Source: Lentisphaeraceae bacterium (lineage in GTDB: Bacteria > Verrucomicrobiota > Kiritimatiellia > RFP12 > UBA1067). Taken from it: 64,000 bases of DNA. Positions 1 to 10,600 of this stretch are shown in pieces. The stretch lies in the NCBI GenBank assembly GCA_004551905.1, contig SFPL01000025.1, positions 2,757 through 66,756 on the forward strand. The letters are read 5' to 3'. The translations under genes and the position numbers were made by a program. How positions within the stretch are numbered: position 1 is the first letter of the stretch; every line of letters starts with the position of its first letter. The notes under the pieces are model-generated. The model saw only the letters and a program-made list of their open reading frames with translations. It ran no database searches and was not told the DNA's origin.

Positions 1-1
1 A

Positions 2-1615
2 CGCCCAAATTGGGTCGCGCGCCTCACTGGCCGCTACACCTATGCGTCCGCCACAGCAAGCGACTATGCGTCCGGCACCAAGACGCCGATCACCCCGTTT
101 CTCTACTGTACGTCCAACAAATGGTACTGGTACGATTCGATGGACGTCGACAGCCCCTACCAGTACGTCTACATCTCGCCGGATAGCGGCAGCATCGGCG
201 AGATGGAGATATACGGCTGGACCGCCGCGGACATCGCTGCGGCGGCCGATCCGTTTTTCCCGACGGAGCTGACTGCGGTCAACGGCGACACCGACGGCAA
301 GGTCGAGCTTGCCTGGCGCGGCGGCCTCAATCTTGACTCCTATTCCGTCCAGTACCGCCAGCAGGGTTACGAGGGATGGACGACTGCCGCGGACGGGCTG
401 ACCGCGGATGTGGAGTCCTACGAGCTGAGCGGGTTCGAGATGAACACCACCTACGAGTTCCGCGTACTCGGCCACGCCGGCGCCGAGAGCGGATCGTCGC
501 CGATGGCGAGCGTCTACGTCTACCAGCTCGTCCCCGGGACTGGCACCGGGCTCAACACGCTGCTCTATGGGCCGATCGCATCCCGCCATCTCGGCCAGCG
601 GTTCTGTTTCGAGCAGCGCCTTTCGCCGACGGTGGACGTCCATCAGGCGAGCGGATCGTTTTTCTCGTCCACCAATCTCACTTCGGCGATGGTAATCTAC
701 CGCGGCAAGATAATCCTTCCGCTCACCGGCTCCTACACCTTCACCGCCGTCGTGGAGGGTTCCGACGGCTCGGCGCTCTACATCGACGGCAGCGAGGGCT
801 TCAACGCCTTCAGCGGGGCGTCGCTCAAGAAGACCACGAGGACGCTTGCCGCGGGCGACCACGACATCGAGCTCATCTACCGCAGCGTCAACACCAAGAA
901 GTCGTTCACATTCACCTGGGCGCTCGAAGGCGTGTGGGACGACCGCCCGGTGCCGATGAGCCAGCTGAAGCCCGCGGCGAATTCGGAGATGAACCTCCCC
1001 GACGAGAACGCCACCTACGACGGCTGGGACTTTGCGCCGGCGATCGGTTCGGCGAGCTACATTCCGCGTTTCTGGCGGCTCGGCAACGGATCGTTCAGGA
1101 TGACCGGCGAGAAGGCCGACTATGATGGAGCAAGCCCAGAAGATATGCTTGCGCTGCTGACGCGCGGGCTGGACGGACCATTTACCCTTACGGCGGACTT
1201 CCACACGTCTTCCACGGTTGGCCGTCCGAGCCTTTTCGTCTCCAAGTCGGCGACATCGCTTTACGGCAACAGCCTAAGCTACATCTACGGCGACGGACAG
1301 GTGGGCATGAAGGGCGGCCCTGGCGTCGCCGACTGGGGCGGAGTGAGCTGGAAGAGCGCCGGCGGATCGACGCGGCGGCTGCGGGTGAAGCGGCTCAGGG
1401 ACAAGACGATTACGTTCTCCGACATGGACGTCGCCAGCGGCATCTGGGTCACGCGGCTTACGATGCCGCAGGGCGTCTATGACGGCTGGAGTCTCGCCGC
1501 GGACAAGCTCTGGGTAGGGATATCGCTCTTTGGCAACACGTCCCAAAGGTCGGATGTGACCTTTACCAACCTAAAGCTCAGTCTCGAGAACGGCACGGTG
1601 ATATGGCTTAAGTAG
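2..1615 (+). CDS. secreted carbohydrate-binding protein fragment (discoidin-like, Fn3-like and PA14 domains), 5' end outside the window
   Basis: The frame is open from position 2 with no upstream stop, so the CDS is truncated. The PA14-like stretch reads 'YTFTAVVEGSDGSALYIDG...DHDIELIY'. 'GEMEIYGW' resembles the end of an F5/8 discoidin domain, and 'GKVELAWRGG...YRVLG' is Fn3-like. Confidence 0.55.
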   Translation, partial: RPNWVARLTGRYTYASATASDYASGTKTPITPFLYCTSNKWYWYDSMDVDSPYQYVYISPDSGSIGEMEIYGWTAADIAAAADPFFPTELTAVNGDTDGKVELAWRGGLNLDSYSVQYRQQGYEGWTTAADGLTADVESYELSGFEMNTTYEFRVLGHAGAESGSSPMASVYVYQLVPGTGTGLNTLLYGPIASRHLGQRFCFEQRLSPTVDVHQASGSFFSSTNLTSAMVIYRGKIILPLTGSYTFTAVVEGSDGSALYIDGSEGFNAFSGASLKKTTRTLAAGDHDIELIYRSVNTKKSFTFTWALEGVWDDRPVPMSQLKPAANSEMNLPDENATYDGWDFAPAIGSASYIPRFWRLGNGSFRMTGEKADYDGASPEDMLALLTRGLDGPFTLTADFHTSSTVGRPSLFVSKSATSLYGNSLSYIYGDGQVGMKGGPGVADWGGVSWKSAGGSTRRLRVKRLRDKTITFSDMDVASGIWVTRLTMPQGVYDGWSLAADKLWVGISLFGNTSQRSDVTFTNLKLSLENGTVIWLK

Positions 1616-1674
1616 CCCTGAGCCACCCGCCTGCGCCGAGTCTCCGGCGGACAGGCAAACTGCGAGCCGCGAAA

Positions 1675-1687
1675 TTTGGTATAATAC
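1675..1687 (+). promoter_or_regulatory. extended -10 promoter element TTTGGTATAATAC immediately upstream of rbfA (predicts a leaderless transcript)
   Basis: TATAAT lies at 1680-1685. The rbfA ATG is at 1692, about 7 nt downstream, and there is no SD. The same 13-mer recurs at 43161 and 62254, with close variants at 47767 and 56783. Confidence 0.4.
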
Positions 1688-1691
1688 GCGC

Positions 1692-2060
1692 ATGGCAGTT
1701 GACAGATTAGAGAGGGTGAACAGCCTGCTTCGGCGGGTGATCGCCGAGAACATGCACCACGTGATGCAGGGCGACACGGTGGCACCGGGGCTCTTCACGG
1801 TGACCGAGGTCGCGTGCGGCAAGGACCTGCGCGACGCGACGGTCAAGGTTTCCGTCTTCGGCGACGACACGGTGAAGGAGCTCGGGCTCCAGCACCTCAG
1901 GCACCACGCGCGGCAGTTTCAGGAGGCGATCAACCGAGAGGTGCGGCTCAAGTTCGTCCCCCGGCTCACCTTCCAGCTTGACCGCTCGCTCGAGAAGGGC
2001 GACGCGGTGCTGGCGATCCTCGACCAGCTCGACATCCCCGCCGGGTCCGCCGACAAGTAG
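1692..2060 (+). CDS. rbfA: ribosome-binding factor A
   Basis: It is 122 aa and begins 'RVNSLLRRVIAENM'. The 'VTEV..DLRDATVKVSVFGDD' and 'RLKFVPRLTFQLDRS' stretches follow the RbfA conservation pattern. Confidence 0.85.
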   Translation: MAVDRLERVNSLLRRVIAENMHHVMQGDTVAPGLFTVTEVACGKDLRDATVKVSVFGDDTVKELGLQHLRHHARQFQEAINREVRLKFVPRLTFQLDRSLEKGDAVLAILDQLDIPAGSADK

Positions 2061-2075
2061 GGGAGCGCAGCGCAG

Positions 2076-2756
2076 ATGGCCAATCTCGTCCAGCTGGGAA
2101 TGCTCGAGAAGCTCGACGGCTTTCTCCTCGTCGACAAGCCGGAGGGCATCCAGTTCTCGACCGTTGTCAAGACGGTGAAGCGCAAGTTCAACCTGCCCAA
2201 GGTCGGGCATGGCGGCTCGCTGGACGCGATGGCGTCCGGCCTCATGGTGCTGCTATTCAACGACGCCAACAAGTTCGTCGACCGTGTGATGGGCGCCGAC
2301 CGCGCCTACACCGGCTCGCTGCGGCTCGGCGAGACGACCGACACCGGCGACGCCTGCGGCCGCCCCGTGCCGCCGCCAGCGCAGACGGTCTCCGCCGCCG
2401 ACCTGCGCGGCGATGTCTTCCAGACCGAGCCGCGCTTCTGCTCCGTCCGCCGCGAAGGCTCCGCCGCCTACGAGGTGGTCGACACCGGCGAGCACCAGCA
2501 GTTCCTCGCCCACGTCTACCGCTTCGAGCTCGGCGAGCGGAACGAGAAGGGCGAGACGCCGTTCGAGCTCGTGGCCTCCAAGGGCGTCATCGTCCGCGCG
2601 CTCGCGCTCGATCTTGGCGCGACGCTCGTCTCGCTCCGCCGCGTCCGCGTGGGGCGGTTCGAGGTGAAGGACGCCATTCCGTTCGCCAGGCTCCTGGAAA
2701 TGGAGATGAAGGACTTTCCGTCATGCGTGATGCCGGTCGCACAGGCGTTGCGGTAG
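2076..2756 (+). CDS. truB: tRNA pseudouridine(55) synthase TruB (no PUA extension)
   Basis: The catalytic motif 'GFLLVDKPEGIQFSTVV...KVGHGGSLDAMASGLMVLLFNDANKF' matches the TruB family (..GH.GTLDP.A.G.L..). Confidence 0.9.
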   Translation: MANLVQLGMLEKLDGFLLVDKPEGIQFSTVVKTVKRKFNLPKVGHGGSLDAMASGLMVLLFNDANKFVDRVMGADRAYTGSLRLGETTDTGDACGRPVPPPAQTVSAADLRGDVFQTEPRFCSVRREGSAAYEVVDTGEHQQFLAHVYRFELGERNEKGETPFELVASKGVIVRALALDLGATLVSLRRVRVGRFEVKDAIPFARLLEMEMKDFPSCVMPVAQALR

Positions 2757-3598
2757 GGTTCTTCGACGGCGTCCATGTCGCCCACCGCGAGCTGCTTTCG
2801 CAGGCTGCCGCGGCCTTCACCTTCCGCAACCATCCGCGCACGGTCCTCGCCCCGGACCGTGCGCCGTCGCTCATCCTTTCCGCTGCGGACAGGCTCGCGC
2901 GCTTGCGCGGCTGCGGGCTCGACGAGGTGGTGGCGGTCGACTTCACCCGCGAGCTCGCCGACACCGCGCCGGAGGAATTCGCAGCGTCGCTTCTCGTTCT
3001 CGCCGCGAAGTTCACCGCTGCCGGCGCGCCGCGCGTACTCTGCGGCCCCAACTGGCGTTTCGGACGCGGAGGCGTTGGCGACGCCGCGCTCCTTCGGCGG
3101 CTCGGCGCCGAGGTGGTCGAGGTGCCGTTCGTCGAATACCGCGGCGAGGCCATATCCTCCACCCGCATCCGCGAGGCGATCGAGCGCGGCGAGATGGAGG
3201 ACGCCGCCGCCATGCTCGGACGGACGTTCGAGGCGGATGGCGAGGTGTTCCGCGGCAAAGGCGAAGGGCAGAGACTCGGCTTTCCTACCGTGAATGTGCG
3301 TCCGGATGCGATGTCCGGAGCGGAGCGGCGGGTCGCGCCGCCATGCGGAGTCTATGCCGTCGACTTCGGCTCCGCGCGCGCCGTCGCGAACTACGGTATC
3401 GCGCCGACTTGGGGCGGCGCGGCGTGGAAGGTACCGGTGTGGGAGCTGCACGTTGTCGACGGTGCCGAGGCGATGCCCAGTCCGGGCGAGCGGGTTTCCT
3501 TCGCGCTCAGGCGCTTCATTCGTCCCGAGCGCGAGTTTGCCTCGGCGGAGGAGCTCTGCGAACAGATTGAAAAGGACTGCAAGGAGGCGATGAAATGA
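2723..3598 (+). CDS. ribF: bifunctional riboflavin kinase / FMN adenylyltransferase
   Basis: 'GFFDGVHVAHRELL' is the nucleotidyltransferase motif and 'RGKGEGQRLGFPTVNV' is the riboflavin-kinase motif. The gene overlaps the truB 3' end. Confidence 0.85.
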   Translation: MRDAGRTGVAVGFFDGVHVAHRELLSQAAAAFTFRNHPRTVLAPDRAPSLILSAADRLARLRGCGLDEVVAVDFTRELADTAPEEFAASLLVLAAKFTAAGAPRVLCGPNWRFGRGGVGDAALLRRLGAEVVEVPFVEYRGEAISSTRIREAIERGEMEDAAAMLGRTFEADGEVFRGKGEGQRLGFPTVNVRPDAMSGAERRVAPPCGVYAVDFGSARAVANYGIAPTWGGAAWKVPVWELHVVDGAEAMPSPGERVSFALRRFIRPEREFASAEELCEQIEKDCKEAMK

Positions 3599-4356
3599 GA
3601 TTCGAGCCGAACATGCATACTGCCCTGTGGGGCACGGAGAACTGGGTCTGCTCGGCCCACCACACTTCGCCGAGCGTGATTGCCGAAGGCCCACGCGCCG
3701 GCCAGAAGCTCGACCAGGTCTATCCCGACTTTCCGCTGCTGATGAAGGTGATCGACGCGAAGAGCAGGCTTTCGGTGCAGGTGCATCCGAACGAGACGAC
3801 CTGCAAGGTGACCGGCGGCGATCCCAAGACGGAGATGTGGTGCGCGCTTTCCGACGGGCCGATCTTCGCGGGACTGCGGCCGGGCACGGCTGAAGCCGAG
3901 ATCAAGGAAGCGGTGTCGTCCGGCCGCTTCGAGGAGCTGCTGGTGCGCCACGACGCGAAAAGGGGCGACGTCTTCTTCATACCCGGCGGGCTCGTCCACG
4001 CCATCGGCGACGGTGTGCGCCTCTACGAGGTGCAGCAGAGCTCCAACACCACCTTCCGGCTTTACGACTGGGGACGTGTCGGCGCGGACGGGAGCGCGCG
4101 CGAGCTCCACGTCGACAAGGCGCTCGAGGCGATCGACCTCGCGCTGCCGGTGCCGCGTCCGGTGCGTGAGCTTGACACTCCTTATTTCCGCTTCACCCAG
4201 GTCGACCTCGACGGCGAGCGCACCTTTGCCGCGGCGCCCGGCGGCTACCTCTGCGTCTTCGGCGAGCAGACCGGCTGCGTGCTGCTAGCTGACGGCGAGT
4301 CGGAGACCATCTCTGCCGCCGGCGAACACCTGATGGTCACCGAGTTCAAGCGCTGA
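3595..4356 (+). CDS. manA: type I mannose-6-phosphate isomerase (cupin)
   Basis: 'LWGTENWV', 'LSVQVHPNE' and 'GGLVHAIGDGVRLYEVQQSSNTTFRLYDWGR' match bacterial class I phosphomannose isomerase. The start is coupled to ribF by an ATGA overlap. Confidence 0.75.
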   Translation: MRFEPNMHTALWGTENWVCSAHHTSPSVIAEGPRAGQKLDQVYPDFPLLMKVIDAKSRLSVQVHPNETTCKVTGGDPKTEMWCALSDGPIFAGLRPGTAEAEIKEAVSSGRFEELLVRHDAKRGDVFFIPGGLVHAIGDGVRLYEVQQSSNTTFRLYDWGRVGADGSARELHVDKALEAIDLALPVPRPVRELDTPYFRFTQVDLDGERTFAAAPGGYLCVFGEQTGCVLLADGESETISAAGEHLMVTEFKR

Positions 4357-4376
4357 AGTATAGCGGTATTGGGGGG

Positions 4377-4405
4377 TTGACAGGGGGACGGGGATATGTT
4401 ATATT
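4377..4405 (+). promoter_or_regulatory. sigma70-like promoter TTGACA-17nt-TATATT in an AT-rich island
   Basis: TTGACA is at 4377-4382 and TATATT at 4400-4405, with an exact 17-nt spacer. It sits 230 nt upstream of the giant gene and upstream of the hairpin at 4487-4540. Confidence 0.4.
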
Positions 4406-4438
4406 TAACGCATGATTGGTAAAAATGCGAGAATTTCA

Positions 4439-4448
4439 GGGGGGGGGG
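4439..4448 (+). repeat. G10 homopolymeric tract
   Basis: Ten consecutive G between the promoter-like element and the hairpin terminator. It lies upstream of the giant surface-protein gene. Confidence 0.9.
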
Positions 4449-4486
4449 CAAATCTAACAGATTTCCCTTCATCTCTGAAGAAACCT

Positions 4487-4540
4487 GGCGTCGCAGCTGC
4501 AGCCGTTCAAACCGGCGGCAGCTGCGACGCCAAGTTTTTG
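4487..4540 (+). terminator. intrinsic terminator-like hairpin (14-bp perfect inverted repeat, extendable to about 18 bp) followed by a T-tract
   Basis: ggcgtcgcagctgc(4487-4500) ... gcagctgcgacgcc(4518-4531), with inner pairing gccg/cggc, then 'aagttttt'. Confidence 0.6.
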
Positions 4541-4602
4541 GTATGCACCTTTACGTTGATGTCAATAGTTAACCGCCACCCGCAAACATGAAGGAGTCGG
4601 AC

Positions 4603-7600
4603 ATGAAACAAGCAATGAAACTCGTGGTGTCTATCGCGTGCGCCGTGCTAGGCGCGGCAACGGCGCTCGCCGTCGCAGACACGACCTTCTACATTCCGTC
4701 GATTCCCGAAACCGCGGCCAGACCCGGCGAGCCCGCGATGCCAGTCGTTGAAGTGTACGACAATTCTACCCACGAGTTGCTTTCGGAGGCGAGCGACTAC
4801 ACGATCTCCTATACGAACAACACCCAGAACGGCGTAGGCCAGGTGGTGGTTTCCGGTCTTGGAAACTACGCCGCCGTCACCAACACGTTCGATTTCAACG
4901 TCTATGTTTCCTATCCCGTCCTCGCCGGCATGACGCCTCTCAGGTACGTGGAGATAACCGGCACCCAGTTCTACCACACCGGCCTCAGGCCGTCCGACCA
5001 CCAGATCGAAGTCGAGTTCATGACCATCACCTACGTGGACAACGGCTACATCTTCGGAACCGAAGCCAGCAACGCGTGGAACTATCCGCACTTTTCGGAA
5101 TGCAACCACAACTACTGCTGGGGCTACGCCGGCTCGCAGGGCACGTCCTCGGGCAAGAAATCCACCGACACCGGGAAGCTCCACCGGTTGATATACAACC
5201 GCGTCGGCGACCATGCGATAGTCCTCGACGGGACTGTGCTCGCCTCGGGAAACAACTGCGCCACCACCGCGAACGTCCACATCGGCCGCCGTTCCGGCTC
5301 CACCAACTACAAGGGGCGCATCTACTCCTTCCGCGCCACTGACCGCGCCACCGGCGAAGTGGTCGTCGATATGGTGCCCGCGAAGAGCGCTGACGGCGTG
5401 ATCGGGTTCTTCGACCGCGTCACTGGGCGCTTCATCGGCCCGTCCGGGTCCTCGACCTCCTCCGTGCTCGGTCCGGAGGCTCCGTTCAGCGACTTCTCGG
5501 TGTCGCCAGTTCCGGTCCAGCACGACTGGTCCGGCGGCGCGGGGCGTCCTTCCACCGGCGCGACCCCGGCGCTGGTCGTCTCCAACCTGACCGCCGGCGT
5601 CGAACTCGAGCAGGGCGTCCACTACACCGTCTCCTACTCGGACAACGTCAGCAACGGCGTCGCCTCTGCGCACATCACCGGTATCGGCGACTATTCCGGC
5701 CAGCACGACACGGTCCTGTTCCGCGTGTTCAACTCGATCTACGAGAAGTACCGTCCGCTCGAATACCTCGAATCGACCGCGTGCGCCCCGTGGATCGGCA
5801 TCGACTACATCCACAAGACCTCGACCCGCACCGAGATGGTCTCCTGCATCGACAGTTCCAAACTCCGCCTCGCCAACTACCAGGCGTCGTTCGGTTCGAG
5901 GAGAGGCGGTGCCGCGAACGAATCGTTCAACTTCTTCTTCAAGTTCAACGGCCAAAACCGCCCGGCATGGACACGCAACGCCGAGACGCAGGGCAGCGAC
6001 AACTCCTATCCCTACGACGAGTGGGTGACGCTCGAGTGCGGCCTCGACAGCGGGCTTAAGGCGACATGGACCGGCGAGACGAGCGGCAAGACGGGTTCGC
6101 TCACGTCCTCGAAGAACGTCGCCGGCTCGGTGCCGTTTGCGCTGTTCTGCCTCAACAACTACAACGGCTACGGCTACAACTACACCGGCGATTCGCCGGC
6201 GGCGATGAAACTCAAGTCGTTCAAGATCTACGAAGACGACGCGTTGGTGCACGACTACGTCCCGGCCCGCCGGATCTCCGACGGCACGCTCGGCGTCTAC
6301 GATGTGATCGACGACCAGTTCTTCAGCAACCGCGGCAGCGGCTCGTTCACGGCCGGCCCCGAAGCCTCCAAGCTCCAGATCGCCGCCGCGATTCCCGACC
6401 AGTCGATCGTCGGCGGTGCTCCGGCGGAGCCGGCGGTGGTCGTGACCGACGCGACGACCGGCGAGACGCTGGAAGAAGGGGTGCACTACTCCGTCTCCTA
6501 CTCCGGCAACGACACGCCCGGCACCGGCCGGGTCATCCTGACCGGTCTCGGCGCCTACGCCGGCGAGATCGGCGGCAAGGACTTCAAGACCTACGACGGT
6601 GGCCCGGCGACGCCCTACCCCAACCTCTCGCGCTCCTACGTCCCGGACGGGCTCATCGGCTTCTGGGACGGCATCGACAACTCCGGCACGGGGACGCACG
6701 ACCCCGCCGCCGCGACCTGGGTCGACCTTTCCGGCCTCGGCTACCACGGCACGATGAACGGCATCGCCACCTGGGCGAACGGCAACGCCATGCACAACGA
6801 GGCGGACGGCCACCCGTGCGTCCTTCCGGCCGCGTTCTCGTCCAACTGGAATTGGCACGACGTCACGGTCGAGTTTGCGTTCCGCCCTTCGGAGCTCGCC
6901 GCGACCCGCGCCATCTTCTCCAACTACAGCGGCGCCTCTCCGTGGGGAACGATCATCTCGCACAACAACGGGACGACGTACACGGACGGTTCGATCCGGC
7001 TCTACAACCGCGACACCGGAGGCGCTGGCGACACCAAGATCGCCTCGGTCGTCAAGGCGGGCGAGCGGGCGTATTTCACGATACTCTCCGAGTACAACTA
7101 CATGTTCGCCTTCCGCGACTCTGCAACCGACGTCCCGGTCAACTCGGGCTCGGTGTACGGACGCAAGGTTTCGACTTCCGCCTTTGAAATCGGCGGCCAG
7201 CCCGACAACGCGGCGTACGGCATGCGCGGCGACATCCACTTCGTCCGCGTCTACAGCCGCAACCTGGACGAGACAGAGCGCGCCTTCAACCGCGCCCTCG
7301 ACGTGATCCGCTACGAGAACAAGTCGCTGAAGTACGTGCTTCCCGCCGAGCTTCCCGACGGCTACGAGTACGACGCGGCGCGCGACGTGCTGCGCGTCAA
7401 GATCGGCGCCAACGCCATCCACACCAAGGGGCTCGTCTCCATCAACGGCGCGACCGCCGCGAAGATGCCGGAGACGTTCGTGGACATCGGCTCCACGGTG
7501 ACGCTCGAGTATTCCGGGGACGGATTCCTCGGCTGGACCAACCTTCCGAGCGTCTACACGTATCCCGGCACGCCGACCTCGGGCAGGGTGACGTTCACCG

Positions 7601-10600
7601 CCGCGGCGCCGGTCCGCGCGGTTGCGCTTTCCTCGGCCCGCTCCGCCGCGGAGTCGGAGCTGACGCCGTATTCCTACGTCCAGAAGGGGATTGTCCGCCT
7701 CTGGGACGGCATCGACAACGTCGGCACCGGAGTCCATGAGAACACGAACCGCTGGATCGACCTTGCCGGCAGCGGCGCACAGTGGATTCTGCGGGAGAAC
7801 TACGGGTCGTTCGCCGCGAAAGCGCTTGCGCTCGCGGGCACCAACAAGGATTCGGCATATTCCGAAGACCCCGTTCCGGGATATCTGTCGGTCGAGTTCT
7901 GCGTCAGGAAGACGAGCGGCAGGAATTTATTCTCGAACCGCGACGACATGAGCCGCATCTTCATTCTCGACAACGACGGCGCGTTCGGCGCATACCGTTG
8001 GCATGACGGTTCCGCCAACTGCCAGCGCGCCTGCCAGTACGGGTATTCGCCGCTCCTGCTCGAGGCGGGCAACGACGTCACCTTGAGCGCGGTATACGCG
8101 AATCTTCTGTCCCCGATGAAGATGCCCGATCTCGTCTACTACTGCAACGGACGCCGCGCCCCCTACGGGAAGTCTCCCGCGAACTTCTGGGGGCAAGGCG
8201 ACTATCCGGCGCTCGGCTCGAGGTACAACAACAATGACAACGTCGTGAACGGCCTGCTCTACTCGATCCGCATGTACGACCGCACGCTCGAGCCGGTCGA
8301 GGTGGCGTTCAACGCCGCGCTTGACCAGATTCGCTTCTTCGGTGCGGACGAGGCGGCGACGTTCGCCAACATGACCTTGCCGGACGGCTACCGCTGGAAC
8401 TCCACCGAGTCGCGTCTGGAGGTGCGGCTTGACTTAAGGACCGTGCGCGGCGCTTCCTCCGTCGCTTCCGGCACCTGGTTCCCGGTCGGTGAAGAGGTGG
8501 AGGTCGTCTTCACGCCGTCCCGGCCGGGAAGTCCCGTCCGCTGGCTCGGCCTGCCGCTCAAGTCCACGCTTTCGGCCGACAAGACGACCTTGTCCTACAC
8601 TGCCGCCGCGCCCGCTTCCGTCACGGTGATGGCGGAGCAGGAGCTGCCCGCGCTTGCATACGTCCCCAATGGACTTGTCGCGCTCTACGACGCCAAGGAA
8701 AACGTCGCTCCCGGCGTCCATTCCGGCACGACCCTCGAATGGCACGACCTTACGGGCCGCAACCGGCAGCCCTGGACGCTTGTGCGCGGTCGCGCCTCTT
8801 TCCTTGACGATGCGCTCGAAGTCGGCGGCCACCTCGCGTGGGCCGGATACTGTCCCATTCACCAGGAAAACCTTCTTCCCGACTGGCAGTCGGTCGAGGC
8901 GAACATCACGCCGTTCCGCACCAACGGCGCAATGCTGGTAGTCTTTGACCGCAATGTCAGCCGGATCCTCGCCGTCAACGCGGACCCCGGCTCCCGGTTC
9001 TTCTGCGGCAACAAGTCGTCCAAGGCGAGCTGCGCGACCGATCCGGCGGTTGCCGGATTCGCGAACGACACCTATTCCTCGGTCTACGCCGACGGCGGCA
9101 CCGCGCCCTCGGCCTTCTACCTCGGCGGACGCGAGATTACCGCGAGAACGGTTGCATCGGTGGACTGGTCGACGGACAACGACTACCCGTCGCTCGGCGG
9201 ACGCTACAACTCCGGCGACGGACGCTACCTCGGCCTCTTCCATGTGGTCAGGCTCTACGGCCGGGAACTTTCCGCGACCGAAGTCGCGTTCAACGCCGCG
9301 ATCGACAAGGTGCGCTACCAGGGCGCGTCGCTCCCGGACGTCCTGCCCGCGACCCTCCCCGAAGGATACCGCTACAATCCCGCCGCCGCCGCGCTCGAGG
9401 TGAACATCCGCGCGTTTGCGGCGGAGGGCTCGCTTGCGGTAAACGGCGGCTCCGAGACGAACGTCTGGGTCGAGGTCGGCGGGGAGGTGGCGATCACGGC
9501 GACGCCGGGGGCCGGCCGCGGCGTCCGCGACTGGACGGGACTTCCCGGCGACGCGACGATTTCCGCAGACGCGAGGACGGTGACGTTCAGGGCCGCATCG
9601 CCCGTGGAGGCGGCGGTCGAGTTCGCGAACACGACTGCCGCGACTCCCGCCTCGGCGTATAACACCGACGGACTTCTCGCCGCGTGGGATGCGCTCGACG
9701 CGAATTTCACGTCGGACGGCTGGGCGGCGTCCGGCGAGATGCCGAAGCGGACGAACTGCCTCGCCCTGGACGGCGAGAACTACATCCACAGTACCGTCGC
9801 CGGGGTCAAGAGCGCGCTGATGGAGAAGGCGCTCACGGTGCAGATGTTCCTGCGTCCGCGCAACTTCAGGTGGAGCGGCGGCTACATCCACATCGGCACG
9901 GGAGCGGACGTGCGGGATCTGCTCCTTTCGATGCAGGGCGACCGGTCGATGAAATCCTGGCGCGGCGCGTTCGGCGCCTTGCAGTATGCCGCCACATCGT
10001 CCATGAACCTCTCCTATTCCGGCATCGCCAAGCCGACGGCGGAGTATTTCGGACGGGACACCCTAGTTTCCATCGTGCGCGACGCGGAGGGCGCCAAGCT
10101 CGCCATCGACGACGGTGACTTCTGCGTCACCAACACCGCCTACTCCTCGATTCCCACCACCGACCTCGTCAACATCGGCAAGTGGATCGGCAAGAAAGCC
10201 GCGGAGTTCGACCTCTACGCGGTGAGGATATACAACCGCGTCCTCACGCCTGCGGAGATGCGCTACAACGGCGCAGTCGACCGCGCGAGATTCCTCGGGG
10301 AGGCTTTGGAACTGCCCGAAGGCTACACGAACGACGCGGGCGCCGTGAAGGTGCGCTACACCGTCACGGTGACTGACGGTTCTGGCCTCGTCTCGCTCAA
10401 CGGCGGAACGCCGGCGGCGTCCATCGACGAGTGGGTCGAAAAGGGGACGGCCGCGCGATTCGTCTTCACGCCGGCCTCCGGCTATGCGCTCGACGCCTGG
10501 GAAGGGTTCCCGGACACGGCGACCTACGGCTCCGGCGGCGCGGTCGTTTCGCTGAAGGCGAGCAGTCCCCTGGCGATATCGGTCTCCGGCCTCGAACTGT

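Noticed and set aside
4412-4587. A 58-codon ORF (ATG at 4412, containing the G10 tract as GGG GGG GGG G) upstream of the giant gene, as a possible leader peptide.
   Set aside because: It has no Shine-Dalgarno, and its composition suggests a non-coding leader or sRNA. It is kept only as part of the regulatory-island finding.
4648-7737. Very long antisense or alternate-frame ORFs. Examples are 4648..7737(-) 1029 aa, 15943..18822(-) 959 aa, 22616..24337(-) 573 aa, 30884..33538(-) 884 aa, 59361..61388(-) 675 aa and 36156..38915(+), plus dozens of 60-400 aa ORFs.
   Set aside because: They lie opposite or out of frame with genes that have unambiguous family motifs. Their translations are Arg/Ala/Gly/Pro-rich low-complexity sequence typical of stop-codon-poor frames in about 67% GC DNA, and they carry no recognisable domains.
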